Source: Carcharhinus longimanus (lineage: Eukaryota). From it: a stretch of DNA of 64,000 nucleotides. The stretch spans positions 43,467,313 to 43,531,312 of the forward strand of contig JASCQW010000122.1 in the NCBI GenBank assembly GCA_030264375.1, written 5' to 3'. The notes beneath the pieces are model-generated. The model made no database searches. It was not told the DNA's origin and was given only the letters and a program-made list of their open reading frames with translations. The position numbers and the translations under genes were made by a program. Shown piece after piece: positions 13,291 through 26,686 of the stretch; position 1 is the first letter of the stretch, and each line of letters begins with the position of its first letter.

Positions 13291-14462
13291 GTATTTTCAC
13301 TGCCCTGCAGGGTATATTGTTTCCGCTTTCTGTACAGGACTAAATCACAACAAATATAGCCTATTCTGATTGTGTGTCGAAGTATTACAATAACTAAGGG
13401 GACTGGTGCACATCTAGACTGCATTATATAAATGTGTGTCTAATAGTAAGCTACCATTGGTGTGGCTAAATTGCACCCAGTGGCCCATTTGTGTGCCATT
13501 CTCGTGATGCAGCATAATGCTTGGGTTATTGTAAATTGTTCGTATGGGACTCAAGCCACAATATTTAATGTGATTTTATTCAAAATGCAGCTGTTTTGTC
13601 ATTTCAATGCTCCTTAAGATGATATGAATTGTGTTACTCCTATGGTCAACTCTGACCTAGCTGGAATTCTTTAAAGCAGATTTAAGTCTCAATTTGAGAT
13701 GGACCTTGAGTTCCAGGTTTCTGGTGCGTGCTGTGCACCATCTGAATATTGCGCACCTATCAGCAAGCCTCAAGGAATTTCTCCCCCCCTCACTCAACTT
13801 GCAGCAGCCCTCTACATTGTACACACAGAATAAAGAACTGTTTCGGTAGGTTTCAGCTAAGAATCAAATATATCAGGAAAGAGCAGGCATTTTGTTTTTG
13901 ATCGTGATTTGAACTCAATTTTAGATGTGTTCACCTGCACTATTATTTTTCACTCAATTTGCTGCAGTGAGTAAACTGGCATAAATCCAGATAAATTGGC
14001 AGGGCGAGGGTGGGGATATGAAGAGAGGGCAGGGGGCTGATGGTGCAGACTTGTGGCCAACTTCTGAGTGGCACAAAAATCCCAGGAAATGTGATGACAT
14101 GAGTAACAGTTTACCTCACTTAAGTTACAATTACCTGAATCCAGTGCTGCAGATGCAGAATTGTAATGGCTCAAGTCTCCAGGAAATTCTAAGCCATTGG
14201 GCTGGACTTGCCAACGGTGCCCAACTTGGAATCGGAAAATCCCGCTCGAGGTCAACAAAACTTTCCCTGGTCTGTCCCTCGCCCGCTACCATTCCCATGG
14301 TAGGCAAATGGGAAAATTCACCCATTATCTTCAGGAAAGGTCGTATGTTTTGTTCTATTGTCATTACAGATTCCTTAGCAGAATTTCTGGGGAACTGGGA
14401 TTTTGGTAACGTTCTTTCACAGGTGGTATGGTAATTTAAGCACTTAACTTCCTCTGAGTATC

Positions 14463-14599
14463 TCAAGCTTGATGTACCCGGGGCCTTGAGCTGGATTCAG
14501 TTGGCTTTTGAATTTCGTTTTTGGAGCAAGTAAGGAATGGACTTGGGGTTGCCTGGACCGTTCTGAGCATTGGCTTTATAACTTTAAGAATGGAGTTAA
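14463..14599 (+). mobile_element. Third, 5'-truncated copy of the U2-derived element (upstream of exon 2, presumably intron 1)
   Basis: TGGATTCA...TTTTTGGAGCAAG...GAATGGACTTGGGGTTGCC...CTGAGCATTGGCTTTATAACTTTAAGAATGGAGT aligns colinearly with the 3' two-thirds of the 62350-62545 copy. Confidence 0.75.
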
Positions 14600-15669
14600 G
14601 AGAAGATATCTTGAAGTTCATACCCTCAGCTGAGGAATTGTTTGTTTTCAATTCAGTAATGATATTTACCACGGGTGGAAACACTCTAGTTCATTATGTT
14701 TGTCAACTATGTGGCTGACTACCTGTTAATTATAATGTAACACTGAAAACAGTATGAGAAATATATATATAAAATTCAGAATTTGCAGATTGGATGATCT
14801 ATTCTTTTTTATATATATTTTGTGTATATGTGTGTGTAGTCAGTTAAATTGTTTATAACTGCAGTGGAATCAAGTCTGACTGTTATGGAGTCCTACAAGT
14901 GCAACATACAAGACACTTTAGCGATCTAACTGCTAGTGAGCGCAGAGTACTGATTTTGGACTCGAATGAATGGGTGGAAGGATAAAAGTGTGGAACATGT
15001 TTTGGCAGTGCATCAGTGAGCAGAGTCTCAGTAATGGATGAACCACAAAACTTGAAATGTTTTGGAAAGACATTTTGGATTCAACATTATGTAGCTTTCG
15101 TTCCCAGTGTGCTCAGCTGGGCAGCACATCTCAAGAGTATAGTCATTGAATCATCCTCGGGTAACTTGTTACCCATTCATGTGCCAACAGTGTAGTCATT
15201 GAGTCTCTCATGATTCATTCAAATGCTAGCTCCTACAAATTCACAGTGATACAAATCAGGCATTTATCCTTTAGTGATGGAGAACTGGCACCAAAATAAT
15301 CCCTACGAATGATGCAATAGCACTTTCAGCTGGGTTGTAGTTGTGCTATTTTGAACATTTATAAAATTGGTTACTGCAAGCTTTGATTATGATGTCTAAT
15401 TTCTAATGTATGTAATATTCAGACCCAACTGAGAACATCCTGCAGTTAAATTGGGCTTTTTAACACAGTGGCAGAGTGGAAATGAATGATGGATAGATGC
15501 TAGGAGAGGAACTAATGGGTTGAACATGAGAGTGCATGCTGAGACAGGTTTTGAGAAAACATTTGAAATGTGGATGGATTGAGCAAGTGGGAGATGTTTT
15601 GGGGAGTGTAATCTCAGTTCCAGGCCTTGATAATTGAGAACTCTATAGCTAGTGTTGGTATGGAATAGG

Positions 15670-15820
15670 GTATCTTAACAAATACATGAATAGGTTGGGA
15701 ATAGAGGGATATGGTCCCTGGAAGAATAGAGGGTTTTAGTTCAGTCAGGTAGCATGTTCAGTGCAGGCTTGGAGGGCCAAAGGGTCTGTTCCCGTGCTGT
15801 AATTTTCTTTGTTCTTTGAA
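15670..15820 (+). mobile_element. CR1 3' terminal fragment
   Basis: ggagggccaaagggtctgttcccgtgctgta...ttctttgttctttg tail. Confidence 0.7.
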
Positions 15821-16455
15821 TTGAGAGGACGTTATAAGCTAAAGTTTGAGTAGCACTTAGAGTCCACTGCTCTACCATTTAGATTTTTTCTGGAACATTT
15901 CAGAAGTTGCATTGCAGTTGTCTTCACTATCATCATTAATTTCAGTTATGCACAGATTCTTGCTTTCATAGCATCAAATATTTTTGATGTTCTTCAAATT
16001 GTTTTGTAAATTTACTTCAGTTGAAATTGTTCAGCCTTTGATTGTCCAACATAACTCCAGCCTGGTCAGGATCAACTGCAGCTGTTTTATGACAACCACA
16101 TGAGATCCATTTGATCCCAAGGAGCAGTATTCTGGAGCAGCATGCTTTTCTAGAAAGTCCAGTGATGAAGGGTAGAAGTGGAACCAATCTTTACAAACCT
16201 TTATTTCCAGAGATGCACATTTCAAAACATACAACTCTTAACCCAAGCTCAGTTTCAGCCTGTTCCTATTAATACCACTTTTGAAAAACCAAACACAACT
16301 AAATGCCCCATTTGAAAAAGGCACAAGTGACTCACTGTAATGAAACAAACCAAAACTTAATTCCAATTAAACTGCTCCTATTTATAAGAGCACAACTAAA
16401 TCCCCGTTAATACCTACTATTTGCATTCAGTTACTGTCAAAATTTTTCAGAAATT

Positions 16456-16789
16456 TCATAGAAACCCTACAGTGCAGAAGGAGGCCATTCGGCCCATCGA
16501 GTCTGCACTGAGCACCATCCCACCCAGGCCCTATTCCCATATCCCTATTCATTTATCTGCTAATCNNNNNNNNNNNNNNNNNNNNNNNNNNNNNNNNNNN
16601 NNNNNNNNNNNNNNNNNNNNNNNNNNNNNNNNNNNNNNNNNNNNNNNNNNNNNNNNNNNNNNNNNNNNNNNNNNNNNNNNNNNNNNNNNNNNNNNNNNAA
16701 CTCCACACAGACAGTGACCCAAGCTGGGAATTGAACCCAGGTCCCTGGAGCTGTGAAGCAGCAGTGCTAACCACTACTACTGTGCCGCC
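16456..16789 (-). mobile_element. HE1-type V-SINE (gap inside)
   Basis: tRNA head in reverse (gaattgaacccaggtccctgg...gcagtgctaaccac) and a CR1-like tail. Confidence 0.85.
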
Positions 16790-17387
16790 GTAACTCCATT
16801 TACATAAAATATACAGTTAAAGAGGATACTCAAATCGTTTGATGTCTTGGGCTGCTGAGGTGCATATCTTGGAGCTCAGGAGCCACGTATGAAGTCTAAA
16901 TTCATGCTCTTATTAATTGTACTGTTTCAAGTTATTGATACTAACACCTTACCATTTGGTTTAGGATCTTTCCACCTTTGCAAACACTTAGGATTGCAAA
17001 TTCAAACAGAGCAATTAACAAGAACATTGTGAACCACTACCACGTAGCCTGCAGGTTGATGTTTGAATATCCGTGCTCTATCACAGTTGCTACGTCGACA
17101 CTGATGCGACTATACTAGGATGTAGTGCACACCTACAGGATGTATTGATGCCAGCCAGATAGAAAGTTACTCTGAAATTAGTTCAGACTTTAGTTAAACA
17201 GAAAGAAGCATCAAAAAGCAGGGAGAAACTTTTGATCATTTTGTTGGGACATGATTCAAATGGCCCTTTCTTCTTGAATTATGAAATATTACTTTTCTGG
17301 AGTATGGTTATGCCGATGCTGACCCTCTTGTCATCGTAGGAATTAATAGAAGGTTCCTCCATTGACGATCCTTGCTGACAGCCACAT

Positions 17388-17650
17388 TTACTTTACTTAT
17401 TAGTCACAAGTAGGCTTACGTTAACACTGCAATGAAGTTACTGTGAAATTCCCCTAGTCGCTGTTTGGTTACACTGAGGGAGAATTTAGCGTGGCCAGTG
17501 CATCAGCACGTCTTTCAGACTGTGGGAGGAAACCAGAGCACCCAGAGGAAACCCACGCAGATGTAGGGAGAAGGTGCAAACTCCACACTGTGACCCAAGA
17601 CTGGAATTGAACCCAGGTCCCTCGCACTGTGCGAACGACTGTGCCACCCA
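17388..17650 (-). mobile_element. HE1-related SINE with alternative tail
   Basis: Same head and V-domain; tail ttattagtcacaagtaggcttacgttaacactgcaatgaagttactgtg. Confidence 0.85.
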
Positions 17651-17820
17651 AAGCTATTCAAGCTCGAGGCTGCCATAACTTGCTCGTTGTTGCACCAATC
17701 CCAATTGAATTACCATTTCCTTTTGTGTCATTGCTTATAGTTCCCCAAGTTTTNNNNNNNNNNNNNNNNNNNNNNNNNNNNNNNNNNNNNNNNNNNNNNN
17801 NNNNNNNNNNNNNNNNNNNN

Positions 17821-18209
17821 GGTCTACACTGACCACAATCCCACCCAGACCCTATTCCTGTAACCCCACATATTTACCCTTTCATCCCCCTGACACTAGA
17901 GTCAATTTAGCCAGGGCAATCAACTGAACCTGCACATCTTTGGACTGTGGGAGGAAACTGGAGCACCCAGATAAAAAAGTAAAGTTTATTTATTTATTAG
18001 TCACAAGTAAGACTTAAGTTAATAGTGTAATGAAGTTACTGTGAAATACCCCTAGTCGCCACAGTCTGGTGCTTGTTCGGGTCAATGCGCCTAATCAGTG
18101 TGCAGACATGGGGAGACCGTGCAAACTCCACACAGACAGTCTCCCAAGGCTGGAATTGAACCTAGGTCCCTGGTGCTGTGAGGCAGCAGTGCTAACCACT
18201 GTGTCACCC
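17821..18209 (-). mobile_element. HE1-type SINE with a nested tail of the alternative type
   Basis: HE1 body split at about 17970-18100 by the aaagtttatt...gaagttactgtgaaa tail. Confidence 0.8.
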
Positions 18210-18974
18210 GGATGCTAATATGCAATCAATTAACATGTTTATCTGAATATTATGGTTCTGCCATTTAGTGGCGATGGTACTCCATCCATTTACATTCCAA
18301 ATATTCCCATATCTTGTCAGAATTGAGGCAGGAGAATTGTGTGACACATAAACAACAGCATAGGCTTGTTGGGCTGAATGGCCTGTTCAAGTGCTGTAAA
18401 TATTTTCTAATGTATTATGTTACTAAGCTGTCAGGTTGACATACCATTCTGAAAGTAAAATTGTGTACTTTGATGTGCTCTTTCACAGAAAAAGTTTTAA
18501 ACTGTGACTGAAGTTAAACTCAGAATGTCATTAAGAGGGGAAATTAAAATTGATATCCTTTTTATAATGCTTTTGGGGTTGATGACACCTGGATTACAGT
18601 CATATTGCTCTCCACCCCACCACCTCCTTGACCCCCATCCTTTTATATTTATTATCTCAGGCTGTTGAAATTGAGGAAATTGGCTATAAAAGTAGAATAG
18701 TAGTTAGATCTAGTTCACAGTCAAAGGGGGGGAATATGATTTTGGTGTTTGGAAGGTGCTTTCATTCTATGGAAGGAAAAAAATCTAGGATGTAAGCAGC
18801 CTTATTGTTGACCTGCCTTGAAACAAAGTGCAGAATAAACATGCACCTGTGTATAAAAGTAACTGAACAAGTACTTCCTTCAGGAATTTTATGCACTACT
18901 CTTTCTTATTGACATTCTTCTTTCCCAACTGATGCACTTGGAAGGATGTACCAACATGTATACTTTTACATAAA

Positions 18975-19219
18975 GTGGCAGGGTGGCACATTGCAGGGTT
19001 ACAGTGCCAGTGACTTGGGTTCAATTCTCAACTTGGGTCAAAGTCTTGTGGAGTCTGCACGTTTCCTTGTATCTGCGTGGGTTTTCTCCGGGTGCTCTGG
19101 TTTCCTCCCACAGTTCAAAAGACATGCTGGTTAGGTGTATTAGCCATGCTAAATTCTCCCTCAGTGTACCTGAACAGGTGCTGGTGTGTGGCAACTAGGG
19201 GATTTTCACAGTAACTTCA
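18975..19219 (+). mobile_element. HE1-related SINE with alternative tail, running into a gap
   Basis: gggttcaattc B box and ccgggtgctctggtttcctcccacagt V-domain. Confidence 0.85.
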
Positions 19220-20007
19220 NNNNNNNNNNNNNNNNNNNNNNNNNNNNNNNNNNNNNNNNNNNNNNNNNNNNNNNNNNNNNNNNNNNNNNNNNNNNNNNNN
19301 NNNNNNNNNNNNNNNNNNNNNNNNNNNNNNNNNNNNNNNNNNNNNNNNNNNNNNNNNNNNNNNNNNNNNNNNNNNNNNNNNNNNNNNNNNNNNNNNNNNN
19401 NNNNNNNNNNNNCGGTCACTAGGAAATGGTATTCAAAGTAAGATTTGCCACTCTAATCTGAAAAGAAAGATAAATATTTGTCAGTGAGTTTCACCAAATG
19501 AACATTTATAGTCTAGTACTTTTGAAATTGATCTTTCTGATAATCTGTTGACACTGATTTAGACAATCCTGTTTGGTTGGAAGAAAGGATTAAACTTTTC
19601 AAAAACTCAGCAGATTGTTTTTCTACTTTGTACTCTAAAGTTCATGGTCAGCTGGCAATGAGGCTATCTCATTGCATACTATCTGATCAACCACAGGAAT
19701 GCAGCTAATGTCATGAATTTCTTCTGCATTGTGTTGAGGTACTTCTTACCCTTTTTAATAACTGCTCAGTAAAATTTGAGAGAACAATGCGTCTGACACT
19801 TACAGACATTTATTGTTTCAGAATATGCATCCGAGTCCTACATCTGGAAACCTGAACGCTAAACGTTTCTCTGAAATTGTGAAAAATGCTTGTCCAAAAC
19901 TGTCACGTTACCTCGCCTTGAAGTAGACCCAGGTTCCTAACTGAAGTGAAATTTGTATCCCTCTTTACCTCTCTGTCTTTATGTAGCATCCACGGTTGTC
20001 TGAAGGT

Positions 20008-21110
20008 TAGAGTCATAGAGGTTTACAGCATGGAAACAGGCCCTTTGGCCCAACTTGCCCATGCCGCGCCTTTTTTTTTTAAACCTCTAAGCTAATCCCA
20101 ATTGCCCACATTTGTCCCATATCCCTCTACAGCCACCGTACCCACATAACTATCTAAATGCTTTTTGAAAGATAAGATTGTACCCGCCTCTACTACTACC
20201 TCTGGCAGCTTGTTCCAGACACTGGCCACGCTCTGAAAAAGTCGCCCCTCTGGACACTTTTGTATCTCTCCCCCTCACCTTAAACCTATGCCCTCTCCTT
20301 TTAGACTCCTCTACCTTGGGAAAAGATATTGACTATCTATCTTGTCTATACCCCTCATTATTTTGTCGATCTCTATAAGGTCACCCCTCAGCCTCCTACA
20401 CTCCAGAGAAAAAAGTCCCTGTCTATCCAGCCTCTCCTTATAACTCAATCCATCAAATCCCGGTAGCATCCTAATAAGTCTTTTCTGCGCTCTTTCTTGT
20501 TGAATAATATCCTTTCTATCATAGGATGACTAGAATTGCACACAGTATTCCAAATGTGGCCTTATCGATGTCTTGTACAACTTCAACAAGATGTCCCAAT
20601 TCCTGTATTCAGTGTTCTGACTGATGAAACCAAGCATGCCAAATGACTTCTTCACCACTCTGTCTACCTGTAACTCCATTTTCAAGGAGCTATGAACATG
20701 TACCCCTAGATCTCTTTGTTCTGTAACTCTCCCCAATGCCCTACGATTAATTGAGTAAGTCCTGCCCTGGTTCAATCTACCATTTGTCTAAATTAAACTC
20801 CATCTGCCAATTGTCAGCCCAGTGGCCCAATTAATCAAGTTCCCATTGCAATTGGAGATAACTTTCTTCACTGTCCACTATGCCACCAGTCTTGGTGTCA
20901 TTTGCAAACTTACTAACCACGCCCTTATATTCTCATCCAAATCATTAATATAAATGACAAATAACAGTGGGCACACCGCTGGTCACAGGCCTCCAGTTTA
21001 AAAAAACAACTTCAACAACCACCCTCTGGCTTCTGTCATCAAGCCAATTTTGTATCCATTTAGATACCCACCCTGGATCCTGTGAGGTTTAACTTTGGGC
21101 AACAACCTAA
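20008..21110 (-). mobile_element. CR1 LINE 3' portion
   Basis: ORF 20530-20775 EQRDLGVHVHSSLK...LYKTSIRPHLEYCVQF; KFANDTK (FADD) motif near 20890-20915. Confidence 0.88.
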
Positions 21111-21849
21111 CACTAACCCTGTCAGTGTTCCTAGCACTGGAATTATTCTATGAATAATTGATAAGGCAAATGATTTGCTTTGACAGAAATGATGTTGTAA
21201 AGAAAATCTGGAAATTCACTTCGCTGTCAGAAAGGGGTTGGATTAGTGTGCTGTTAATTACCACTTTTTTGGGGAATTAAAACAATTTTAAGGAATAGCA
21301 GAATAGTAAGGAGATGTACTTTACTTCAAACATAGAGGAAAAAGGACAGGAAGAGAGCATTCAGCCCTTTGAGTTACATTCATTATGATCGTGGTTGATC
21401 ATCCAATTCAATTGCCTGATACCCCTCCCACCCCCACCCATACCTTTGACCCCCTTCGCCCCAAATGCTATATCTAACTGTTTCTTGAAAACATTCAATG
21501 TTTTAGCTTCAACAACTATCTGTGGTAGCAAATTCCATAGGCTGGACACTTGAGAGAAGAAATTTCTCCTCAAAGTGCTGGAAATACCTAACATGTCTGG
21601 CTACACCCGTGGAAAGAGAACATGAGTTTCAGTTTCATAATTGCATATGACTGTTCTCCAGAGCAAAGCCAGCAATTTTCTATTCACCCATTAGTTGCCC
21701 AGATAATTGAATTCTTTGTTCCATTCATGAACTGCCTGGGGTTTGAGTCCATGTGTGATGGTATTCACGTTAGGGAATAACAGGATTTTGACTCGCAAAT
21801 GATGAAGTGATAATACGTGTCCAAGTCTGGGTATTTTTGAGACTCGGAA

Positions 21850-24800
21850 GAGAACCTAATGTTCCCAAGGAAAGAAAGACTCCACAAAATCTGTGGCTAA
21901 CTAAGGAAGTTAATGATATCAAATTGAAAGAAAAGATGTACAATGGTAGACCAGAGGATTGGGAAAAGTTCAGAAACCAGAAAAGGATGACTAAAAGAAC
22001 AGCGTATGAGGAAAAAAACTGGCAAGAAATATAAAAACACAGTAAAGGTTTCTACAAGTATGTAAAACATGTATGTGACCATTGGTCTCTGGAGGATGAG
22101 ATTGGGGAATTAATAATGGAAATAAGGATTGCCAGAGATTTTTGATCACGTATTTTCTATCTGTTTTCAAGTGGAGGACTCAAAAACCATCCCAAGAATA
22201 GTAGACAATCAAGGGATGAAAGGGAGGGAGGAAGTTAAAAGAAACATGATCACTAGAGGAAAAAATATTGAAAAAAAACCCAATGAGACTAAACGCTGAC
22301 AAATTTCCTGGACCTGACGATTTATAACTTTGAGTCTTAAAGGAAGTGACTAGACATGGTGTTTGTATTGGCCATAATCTTCCGAAATTGCCTAGATTCT
22401 GGAAAGGTTCCAGCCGATTGGAAAACCGTAAATGTTGCACCACTAATTGAGAAAGGAGGGAGACAGAAAGCAGGAAGCTATAGGCTGGTTAGTCCAAAAT
22501 ACTAGAATCCATTATTAAGGAAGATATTTAGAAAATCATTATACAATTAGGCAGAATCAACGTGGTTTTGTGGAAGTGTTTGACAAAATGATTAGGGTTC
22601 TTTTGAAGATGTAACCAGCAGGATGGATAAAGGGGTAACAGTAGCCAAAAGGCATGTAATAAAGTACTGAATAAAAGGTTATTGAATAAGAGGTCATGGT
22701 ATTGGGAATAGTATATTGGAATAAATAAAAGGTTGACTAACTTAGGAAGCAGAATTGGGCTAAACGGGTCATTTTGAAGATTGGCAAACTAATAAATGAA
22801 ATGTCAGAGGGATTAGCACTGGGACTGGGATATTAGTTTGTGAACTAATATCAGTTATTTTGATAAGGGGACCAACTGTAGTATAGCCATATTTGCTCAT
22901 GATACAAAGAAGGATAAGAAAGCAGATTGTGAGGAGGATGCAGAGAGACTGCAAAGTGATAAAGATAGGTTAAGTCAGTGGGCAAAAAATTGACAGATGG
23001 AGTATAATGTGGGAAAACTTTAGCAGGAAGAATAGAAAAACAATATTATTTAAATGGAGACAGAATTCTGTGGAATACAAAGGGATTTGGGTGTCTTTGT
23101 ACATGAATCACTAAGTACAGCAAGTAATCAAAAAGGCAAATGGGACATTTAAAAGTAGGGAAATATTTCTAAAAAAAACTAAAGGGCAATGATGATATAA
23201 CACCCAGAGTGTTGTGTACAGTTTTAGTCTCCTTTCTAAGGAGCATATGCTTGCACAAGCTTCAGAGAAGACTCACTAGGCAGATTCCTGGGTTGAAGAT
23301 GTTATCTTATGAAGAAAAGTTGAGCAAGTTGGGCCTACATTCATCAGAGTTTAAAAGAATGAGAGGTCTTTATCTTATCAATAAATAAAATTCTCACAGA
23401 GCTCGGCAGGGTAGATGCCGAGAGGTTTTTCCTGTTAGATGCAGGGGTGGAAGGCAGGAATGGTCGCATCTAGATCAGGGGGCAAGATGTAAAGATAAAG
23501 GATCTCCTGTTAAAGGTGGTGATGAAGAGGAACTTGTTCTCTCAGGATCACTAATCTTTGGGATTCTCTCCCGTCGAGAGTAGCAGAGTTTCTGAATATA
23601 TTCAAGGCTAAGTTAGACAGAATTTTGATCTACAGGGGAATCGGGGGTTCAGAAAGCCACAGTGAGATCAGCCATAATCTTACCAAATGCCAGAATGAAC
23701 CCGATGGATTGAAAGACCTATTGTATCTCTTTCCTGTGATCCCCTTGCCCTTGAGTTGTGGAGGTCATGGGCGATATGGTGACAGTCAGTCTTGAAGATG
23801 GTGCTGCAGCCACCATGCATTGATGAATGGGATGAATACATAATGTAGTGAATTAGATGATGATCAAGCATATGTTGCTTTGTCTTGGATGGTATTGACC
23901 TGCAATTATACTTGAAAAGTTTAAGGTTGATAAATCCCCTGGACCAGATGAACTTCATATCAGAGTATTGAAATAGGTGGCTTGAGAGATATTAGATGCA
24001 TTGGTGGTTATCTTTCAAAATTCTATGGATTCTGGAAGGGTTTCTGTGGATTGGACAGCAGAAAATGTAATCCCACTATTTAAGAAAGACGGGAGAATGG
24101 AGAACTACAGACCCGGAATTAGTCTGACATGTTACAATCTGTGATGCGGGATGTGGTAACTGACATTTAGGAAAGAATGGTAAAATTGGGTAGAGTTGAT
24201 GTGGGCTGGAATGGTGCATTTGAATTATCAGAAAACATTTGATAAAAGTCCCACGCAGGAGGTTTGGAAATAAAACTAGAGCACAAGGGTTATGGTGAAA
24301 TATACTATTATGGATTGAATACTGATTAACAGACAAAACAGAGTGTGGGAATAAACTTATTTAAACGTACTTAAAATTATTCTCAGGATGGCAGACTGTT
24401 ACTAGTCGGGTACTGTAAGGAACTTTGCTACGTCCACAGCTGTTTGTACTGTATGTAAATGACTTGGATGTGGGGATCAATTGTAGTATTTCCAGCTTTG
24501 CTGATGACTCCAAACTGGATAGGAGCCTAATTTGTGAGGAGGGTACAAGAGGCTTCAAGTGAACCTTCGTACACTAAATGAATGGGCTAGAACACGGCAG
24601 TTGGTATATACTGCAAATAAGTGTGAAGTTATTTACTTTGGTAGAAAAATAAGAAGGCTGAGTATTTCTTAAATGGTGAGAGTTTGGGAAGTGCAGTTAT
24701 CCAAAGGGACCTGGGTGTCCTTGTTCATGAGTCAGTAAAGGCTAAACTGTAAGTACAGCAAGCAATTAGGAAGTTACATGCTATGTTGACCTTCATCGCA

Positions 24801-25350
24801 AGGGATTGAGATACAGGAGTAAGAATGGCTTGCTGCAGTTATATAGAGCCTTGATGAAACCTCACTTGGTGTATTGGTCCCTTAATTGAAGGAAGGACAT
24901 ACTTCCCATAGAGAGAGTGCAACAGAGGTTCACCAGATTAATTCCCGGGGTAGCAAGATTGTCTTGAAAAGAGATTAAGGGAACTGGTCTGTATTCCCTA
25001 AAGTTTTCAAAAATGAGGGGTGACCTCATGGAAAATTAACAAGTGACAGGGTGAATTTAAATAAGATGTTACCCCAGGTTGGAACCAGGGATATGATCTT
25101 AAGGGGGAGGCCAATTAAGACCAAGCTGAGGAGGAATTTCTTCACTGAGAATGGTGAATCTTTAAACTCTATCCCAGTGGGCTGTGGAAGCTCAATTGTG
25201 AAGCACGTTGGAAGACAGAACTCAATAGATTTCTTGAATCCAATGACATCAACAGATATGGGGATAGTGTGAGAGATTGGCGTTGAGGTAGATGACTAGC
25301 ACTGAACAAGTTGAATGGTGGAGAAGGGCTACTCCTGTTTCTGTGTTCTT
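21850..25350 (+). mobile_element. Two consecutive decayed CR1 ORF2 copies (about 21850-23740 and 23900-25350)
   Basis: PGPD, WKTVNVAPL.EKG and FADD-like motifs each occur twice, with CR1 3' tails at about 23730 and 25345. Confidence 0.8.
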
Positions 25351-25939
25351 CAGCTTTCCAAAAAGGGGTAAATAAAGAAAATAGAAAATCTGTGGTACAA
25401 AAATACAGTCAAAGATCTGCTTCTAAAATCTACACAAAAGTCTTTTGGCTGGAAGTTTATCTTTCCAAGGACGTTCACATTGCGTGGTCTTTCTCTTTAA
25501 TAATTAATATGTTTACGTGAATCTTCAAATGAAACAATTTGGATGTTGATGCCTTGGCAGTAGTATTGTCCTTTAAACCTTCGTTCTTGATGTTCCAGAT
25601 AAGAACGTGTTGACCCTAGATGGAAGAGAGTTCATGGGCTCCATGTCCACTAATCAACTGTGGTGTGGTTGATAATAAAAACAAAGACAGTAACTAGTGG
25701 GAAGTGGTGGTTGTGCAAGTAAATGTTATTGACAAATTATTCAAGCAAAACAAAGCTGAAATGAATGTGATGGTTTTTAGGCTGCATTTACTCTAAAATT
25801 GTGACATTGGTCCAAAGCAGTTTTGTTTTACTCATGTTAAGAAGTTGTGCTTTACGGTCATCTTTCTTTTATTTGCTCCAAAGCTTACTCAGACTGTGGG
25901 TTTGGATTATGCTTCTCAGCAGTGGTGCGAGTGAAAAGT

Positions 25940-26520
25940 ACATTGTCTTAATCCCAACCATTATGTTCCATGTGGGAAACCTGTACTTCTCTTGTCCTGG
26001 ACAACCACGTGTACAGAAAGTGTCATCATTTGGAGGGGCTCAAACTCTGGCTTTCAGAGCTCGAGCAGCAGCTGACGTCACTCCAGTGCATCTGTGAGAC
26101 TTGCTCCATGAATAGCACATCTCTAGAGGCGGCCACTGTATAACTTAACAGTATGCAGGCAGACTATCAGACACACCAAGCAGGTAGTGTAGACACCCCC
26201 TGAGTGCATCTCCAACTGGCATTCAATAGTAAGAGCAATGGTTCCTCAGGGGACTGTGCCAGAGCCAAGTCCGCAGCACCTCGGCTGGCTGAGATTTACA
26301 GAGGGGCCAGCTGTAGGATGATTGGGGAAGCAATAGTGATGAGGGATTCCAAAGATAGTGATATGTAGGGACACTTCTGTATTTGCAGTTGTGATTCCAG
26401 GATGTACATTTCCTCCCTGATACCACGATGAAGGTTGCTACTCAATGTCTGCTGATCGGTCTGAGAAGGAAAGGTTGAAGTGCTGGAGGTCACGGTCCAT
26501 ATCAGTACTAATGACCAGCA
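25940..26520 (+). mobile_element. CR1 ORF1 remnant (zinc finger, coiled coil, SGNH esterase)
   Basis: Fragments NHVYRKC..LSELEQQLTSL, AIVMRDS (GDS motif) and EVTVHISTND (HIGTND motif) across frameshifts. Confidence 0.7.
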
Positions 26521-26686
26521 GAAACTGGCTTTTGTTTCATGAAAAAACGGGAGCACTTGCTTGCATTGACCAGTTGAAAAGTGATATTTATTGATATTGC
26601 TTCTGATATCAATGTGACAGTCCAGATTCTGAATGTCCTATGCTGGTCACACCATAATCTGTGCATAATTCTTGTTTTCTTTGCAG

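Noticed and set aside
13505-13550. GCAGCATAATG, reminiscent of miR-15/107 family seeds
   Set aside because: No convincing pre-miRNA hairpin and no full mature match.
13960-14434. Overlapping ORFs of 102-138 aa on both strands and a partial inverted repeat (gggcgaggg / ccctcgccc)
   Set aside because: No recognisable protein motifs or splice structure. Probably a decayed non-autonomous element, but I could not define TIRs or a TSD.
26069-26190. E-box/CRE overlap (CAGCTGACGTCA) followed by ATG...CAG|GTAGTG giving a phase-1 mini first exon MQADYQTHQA
   Set aside because: All of it lies within a CR1 ORF1 remnant (ELEQQLTSL...QVV), the donor is weak and the peptide does not resemble PANK N-termini.
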